From: Acidimicrobiales bacterium | GTDB taxonomy: Bacteria; Actinomycetota; Acidimicrobiia; Acidimicrobiales; RAAP-2 | Assembly (NCBI GenBank): GCA_035531635.1 | Contig: DATKSO010000020.1 | Location: forward strand, 11,359-75,358 | Length of the DNA: 64,000 bases | Reading direction: 5' to 3' | Shown here: piece by piece, positions 59,586 to 64,000 of the stretch | How the letters are laid out: every line of letters begins with the position of its first letter | Position numbering within the stretch: the stretch's first letter is position 1 | The notes under the pieces: generated by a model | What the model was told of the DNA's origin: nothing | The model's input: only the letters and a program-made list of their open reading frames with translations | Databases searched by the model: none | Translations under genes and position numbers: made by a program

Positions 59586-61376
59586 GTGACGTACCCAACC
59601 ACGAATAAGAAGTTGATTGAATGGGTCGAGGAAGTGGCGCAGCTCACTACACCCGATCGTATCCACTGGTGTGACGGCTCAGCCGAAGAGTATGACGAGT
59701 TGTGCCAACTGCTCGTCGATAACGGCACCTTCACCAAACTCTCTGACGCCAAGCGACCGAACAGCTACTACGCCGCGTCCGACCCCGGCGACGTCGCGCG
59801 TGTGGAGGACCGCACGTTCATCTGTTCGACGAACGAGATCGACGCGGGACCGACGAACAACTGGCGCGAACCCAGTGAGATGCGCGCGACCCTCAACACC
59901 CTCTTCACCGGTTCCATGAAGGGCCGCACGATGTACGTCGTTCCCTTCTCCATGGGTCCACTCGGTTCGAAGATCTCGCACATCGGTGTCGAGATCACCG
60001 ACTCGCCCTACGTGGCGGTCTCCATGCGGATCATGACGCGCATGGGTACGGGCGCTCTCGAGGTGCTCGGCGAGACCGGCGAGTTCGTCCCCTGCCTTCA
60101 CTCGGTGGGCATGCCCCTCGCCGAGGGCCAAGCTGACGTACCGTGGCCCTGCGACGCCGAGAACAAGTACATCGTGCAGTTCCCCGAGTCTCGCGAGATC
60201 GTCTCGTTCGGATCGGGTTACGGCGGCAACGCGCTGCTCGGCAAGAAGTGCTTCGCGCTGCGCATTGCCTCGGTGCTCGCGCGCGACGACGGCTGGCTCG
60301 CCGAGCACATGTTGATCTTGAAGTTGACGAACCCGCAGGGCGAGTCACGCTACGTCACCGGCGCTTTCCCGAGCGCCTGTGGCAAGACGAACCTCGCGAT
60401 GCTCGTACCCACCCTGCCGGGCTGGAAGGTCGAGACCGTCGGTGACGACATCTGCTGGATGAAGCCCGGACCCGACGGACGCCTCTACGCCATCAACCCC
60501 GAAGCAGGTTTCTTCGGCGTGGCGCCCGGCACCAACATGGACACGAACCCCAACGCCATGTACTCGGTCGAAGCGAACACCATCTTCACGAACACCGCAC
60601 TCACCGCGGACGGCGACGTGTGGTGGGAGGGCATGGGCGAACCACCCGAGGGCCTCATCGACTGGAGGGGCCAAGAATGGTCCAAGGAGCTCGGCACGCC
60701 CGCCGCGCATCCGAACTCTCGCTTCACGGCACCGGCCGATCAGGACCCAGCGATCGCGCCCGAGTGGGAGGATCCCGCGGGCGTGCCCATCGACGCGATC
60801 CTCTTCGGAGGACGCCGCGCGAGTGTCATCCCGCTGGTCTTTCAGTCACGTGATTGGGACCACGGCGTCTTCTTGGGTTCGATCATGGCCTCGGAGACGA
60901 CCGCCGCCGCGACCGGCGCGGTGGGCAACCTTCGCCGAGACCCCTTCGCGATGTTGCCCTTCTGTGGCTACAACATGGCCGACTACTGGGCCCACTGGCT
61001 GACGTTCTCACAGCGATTCGACGAGGCGAAACTGCCCAAGATCTTCTACGTCAACTGGTTCCGCAAGAGCGAGGACGGTCGTTGGCTCTGGCCCGGATTT
61101 GGCGAGAACTCGCGCGTCCTCGAATGGATCTTCGAGCGCACCGCTGGTCGCGGCGAGGCCGACGAGACGGCCATTGGCTACGTGCCCACCCCTCACGCCA
61201 TCAACGTCGAGGGTCTCAACGTGACGGCCGCCGACATGAAGGAACTCCTGACGGTACACGAGGACGAGTGGCGCGAAGAAGTGCCTCGTATCCGCGAACA
61301 CTACGCCCAGTTCAACGATCACCTCCCGGCGAAGCTCGCGGCGTTGGTCGACGACCTCGACGCTCGACTGTCCTAG
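59586..61376 (+). CDS. pckG: GTP-dependent PEP carboxykinase
   Basis: [49 protein letters not shown]. Confidence 0.97.
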   Translation: MTYPTTNKKLIEWVEEVAQLTTPDRIHWCDGSAEEYDELCQLLVDNGTFTKLSDAKRPNSYYAASDPGDVARVEDRTFICSTNEIDAGPTNNWREPSEMRATLNTLFTGSMKGRTMYVVPFSMGPLGSKISHIGVEITDSPYVAVSMRIMTRMGTGALEVLGETGEFVPCLHSVGMPLAEGQADVPWPCDAENKYIVQFPESREIVSFGSGYGGNALLGKKCFALRIASVLARDDGWLAEHMLILKLTNPQGESRYVTGAFPSACGKTNLAMLVPTLPGWKVETVGDDICWMKPGPDGRLYAINPEAGFFGVAPGTNMDTNPNAMYSVEANTIFTNTALTADGDVWWEGMGEPPEGLIDWRGQEWSKELGTPAAHPNSRFTAPADQDPAIAPEWEDPAGVPIDAILFGGRRASVIPLVFQSRDWDHGVFLGSIMASETTAAATGAVGNLRRDPFAMLPFCGYNMADYWAHWLTFSQRFDEAKLPKIFYVNWFRKSEDGRWLWPGFGENSRVLEWIFERTAGRGEADETAIGYVPTPHAINVEGLNVTAADMKELLTVHEDEWREEVPRIREHYAQFNDHLPAKLAALVDDLDARLS

Positions 61377-62678
61377 CTACTCCGCCGTTTCGGCGTCCGC
61401 GACGATCAGACGGGGGCCCGAGGGCCAGTCGAAGTAGCGCCACATCCAGTTGATCATCACCCGCAGGCGGTTTCGAAAACCCACGAGGTACCACAGGTGC
61501 AGCCCGAGCCAGGCGAACCAACCGATGGTGCCGCGTACGACGGCCCCGTGGGGCAACTTGGCCACCGCCGCGCGACGGCCGATGGTGGCCATGATGCCCT
61601 TGTTGTGGTAGCGAAAGGGCAGCGTGGGCTCGCCCGCGAGCACGCGCAGTATCTGCGTGGCGCAGTGGCGACCAGATTGAATCGCGACGGGCGCGAGTTG
61701 GGGATAGAAGCCGTTCTCCACTCCAGGGATAGCGGCGGCGTCACCGACGCACCAGACTTTCTCGCTCTCGACGAGTCGAAGGTCGGCGCGCACGAGGACA
61801 CGGCCGCTCGGACCCTTGGGACCGTCGAGCGCGTCGGCCAACGTGCCGCTCGCCGTCACCCCCGCCGCCCAGATGACCGCCGCCGTCTCGAAACGCTCAC
61901 CATCGGAAAAGACGATGGAGCGATCACCGACCTCCACGACGGATCGACCCAACTCGACGTCGACGTCCATCTTCTCGAGCACCTTCCTCGCGTACTGGCT
62001 CGCCGACTCCGGGAACGCCGTCAAGAGCCTTGGCGCGACGTCCACGAGCTCGATACGCACCCTCGCCGGGTCGAGGCGAAGGCCGTCGCGCCTGATGGCG
62101 ATGTCGATCAGTTCCGACAACGCGCCGGCCGTCTCGACGCCAGTGGGTCCGCCCCCGACCACCACGAAGTTGAGCGAAACCTCCGAAGTCTCGGACGCGA
62201 CCTCGGCCTCTTCGAGGGCACGCAGCAGTCGATTACGTAGTCGTCGCGCGTTCGACAACGTGTAGAGCGGCATGGCGTACCTCGCGGCGCCGGGGATGTT
62301 GAAGAACGACGCCGTCGCGCCCGTCGCCACGACCAGGTGGTCGTACTCGATCTCGGCGCCAGTGTCGAGGATGACGACGTTGCGCGATTGATCGACGTCC
62401 TTCACGCTGGCGTGACGAACGTTGACGTTCTTGGCGTGACCGAAGACGGTGCGAATGGGATAGGCGACGTCCGCCGGCTCGAGACCGGCGGTCGCCACCT
62501 GGTAGAGCAAAGGCAAGAAGGTGTGAAAGTTGTGCTTGTTGATGATGGTCACGCGAACGGGTCGGTTCATGAGTTTGCGAACCGTGGCCAGTCCGGCGAA
62601 CCCTCCCCCGACCACGACCACGTGGGGCAAGGTGACCAACTCTTCGAGTGCGTACTCAACGCGGGGGGACGTCGCCAT
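61377..62678 (-). CDS. ndh: Type II NADH dehydrogenase
   Basis: GGGFAG, PLLYQVAT, GGGPTGVE.AG, WAAG, AIQ.G, MATIGR..AV. Confidence 0.92.
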   Translation of the reverse strand: MATSPRVEYALEELVTLPHVVVVGGGFAGLATVRKLMNRPVRVTIINKHNFHTFLPLLYQVATAGLEPADVAYPIRTVFGHAKNVNVRHASVKDVDQSRNVVILDTGAEIEYDHLVVATGATASFFNIPGAARYAMPLYTLSNARRLRNRLLRALEEAEVASETSEVSLNFVVVGGGPTGVETAGALSELIDIAIRRDGLRLDPARVRIELVDVAPRLLTAFPESASQYARKVLEKMDVDVELGRSVVEVGDRSIVFSDGERFETAAVIWAAGVTASGTLADALDGPKGPSGRVLVRADLRLVESEKVWCVGDAAAIPGVENGFYPQLAPVAIQSGRHCATQILRVLAGEPTLPFRYHNKGIMATIGRRAAVAKLPHGAVVRGTIGWFAWLGLHLWYLVGFRNRLRVMINWMWRYFDWPSGPRLIVADAETAE

Positions 62679-62715
62679 AGTCAATTACAGCACAAGCGAC
62701 GCAGACCGAGTCAAC

Positions 62716-63999
62716 TCATGCCTTCGCGGCGCGACGTCCAATCGGGTAGACGAAACTCGAGACGATCATCAACACCGCGAGGAGTCGATCGCCCGCGGAG
62801 AAACTCATCACGATCGCGACGGGGATCAACGCGCCGAGTACCCAGAGAAGCTGTTGACGAACGGCGAACCGAGCGAACGTGCGACCCTGCGCGCCCGGGG
62901 CGACGTTCCTCTGAGTGATCGCGTCAAAACTCGGTTGGGCGACGGCGCCCGTCACCCCGAGCCATCCCGCGAAGAGGACTTGGACCCAGAGCACGGGGTG
63001 CGTGGACGCGAGTGCGGCGCCCACGCCCGTGGCGAAGAGCGCGATGGTGAGCAACGTCGCCTCGGTGAGGACGTTGCGCATCCGCGTGACGAACGCCAGC
63101 CCCCCGAGGGCGCCGACACCACCGATGCCGAGCGCCAAGGCGTACCAGCCGAGGCCGGCCGACTCGCGGCGAAGACCGAAGGCCAGGAGGAACGTCGCGA
63201 ATCCGGCGCTGAATCGCATGAGAGCGGCCGCGCCGAGACCCCACGCGACCTCGACGTCACCCAGTGGATTGAGCGCGTTCAGATCGCGCTCAGTCTGCGT
63301 GAGCCCGGCGACTTGGTCGCGCACGATCTGGGCTGGCCGCTGCAAACGAGCACTCGCGACCGTCGCGCCCACGTAGACGAACGACGCCACGACGAGGACA
63401 CTCGTGGCACCGAGGCCCTTCAAGATGCCCGCACCCAGTGATCCCGCGACGAGCCCTACCAGCGTGCCGAGCAACGTGAGTTGCGCGTTGAATCCCGCGA
63501 AGCCCTTTTCTTCGCCGACCTTCTCGTTCGGCCAACCAGCGTCGCCAACTCGATCGGCGTGTTCACGAAACTGGTCGGTGCGGGCCATTTCTGGCACCAA
63601 CGCGCCGCGCGTGACGACGTAGAGCTTCGACGAGACGAGAAGGAGAAACGCCAAGGGAAAGAGCCAAAGAGAGTTGAGATGCTCGGCCATCAGCCAACAC
63701 AACACCGCGCGAACACCGGCGGAGAGGGCGACGAGAATACGACGTCCGTTGGCCGATCGGTCGATCAGGGGTCCGAGCACCGGCGAGACGACGGCGAAGG
63801 GCGCGATAGTCAAGAGCAAGTACAACAGCACCTTGCCCTTCGCTTCCGTCGGTGAGACCGAGAAGAATAGGGAACCTGCGAGCGAGACGGTGACCAAGGT
63901 GTCGCCGGCCAACATGATGACGTGCACCAGCGCGAGACGTCCGAACGCCGTCTTCTGGTCGAAGAGATCTTGCGCGGAGGCCCGCGCTAAAGAGACGAA
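62716..63999 (-). CDS. MFS-type membrane protein (5' end lies beyond the window)
   Basis: Frame stays open to the window edge; LAGSLFF, YLLLTIAPFAV..P..GP.IDR, QGRTFARF. Confidence 0.85.
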   Translation of the reverse strand, partial: FVSLARASAQDLFDQKTAFGRLALVHVIMLAGDTLVTVSLAGSLFFSVSPTEAKGKVLLYLLLTIAPFAVVSPVLGPLIDRSANGRRILVALSAGVRAVLCWLMAEHLNSLWLFPLAFLLLVSSKLYVVTRGALVPEMARTDQFREHADRVGDAGWPNEKVGEEKGFAGFNAQLTLLGTLVGLVAGSLGAGILKGLGATSVLVVASFVYVGATVASARLQRPAQIVRDQVAGLTQTERDLNALNPLGDVEVAWGLGAAALMRFSAGFATFLLAFGLRRESAGLGWYALALGIGGVGALGGLAFVTRMRNVLTEATLLTIALFATGVGAALASTHPVLWVQVLFAGWLGVTGAVAQPSFDAITQRNVAPGAQGRTFARFAVRQQLLWVLGALIPVAIVMSFSAGDRLLAVLMIVSSFVYPIGRRAAKA

Positions 64000-64000
64000 T

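Noticed and set aside
61374-61379. Abutting convergent stops (TAGCTA) of pckG and ndh
   Set aside because: Tight convergent packing recurs throughout the window, so there is no specific signal here

Overview
High-GC actinobacterial chromosome segment; gene style and order suggest class Acidimicrobiia, which is an inference. It is mostly core genes: nrdJ, glpK, a glk/pimB' cluster, purKE, pspA-htpX-pspAB, fumC, the recG-coaD-plsX-rnc-mutM-smc-ftsY-ffh-rpsP-rplS superoperon, thiL, pckG and ndh. There is one tRNA-Gly, followed by a small accessory stretch (SIMPL protein, CsoR plus a DUF318-YHS-YHS permease, a zinc-finger microprotein, YcaQ). I found no transposase, integrase, prophage, rRNA or CRISPR array. 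The main candidate for novelty is an endonuclease IV (Nfo) fused to a 98-aa histone-H1-like (S/T)PAKK repeat tail, with fumarase fumC starting 8 bp downstream. Other observations are a prpD-prpF pair without prpB/prpC, a CsoR-controlled permease with tandem YHS domains, tandem NrdR boxes abutting an McdR-like palindrome, a secreted hydrolase-like protein with three 86-aa repeats, and widespread leaderless gene starts. All family calls come from motif recognition by eye; no database searches were run.
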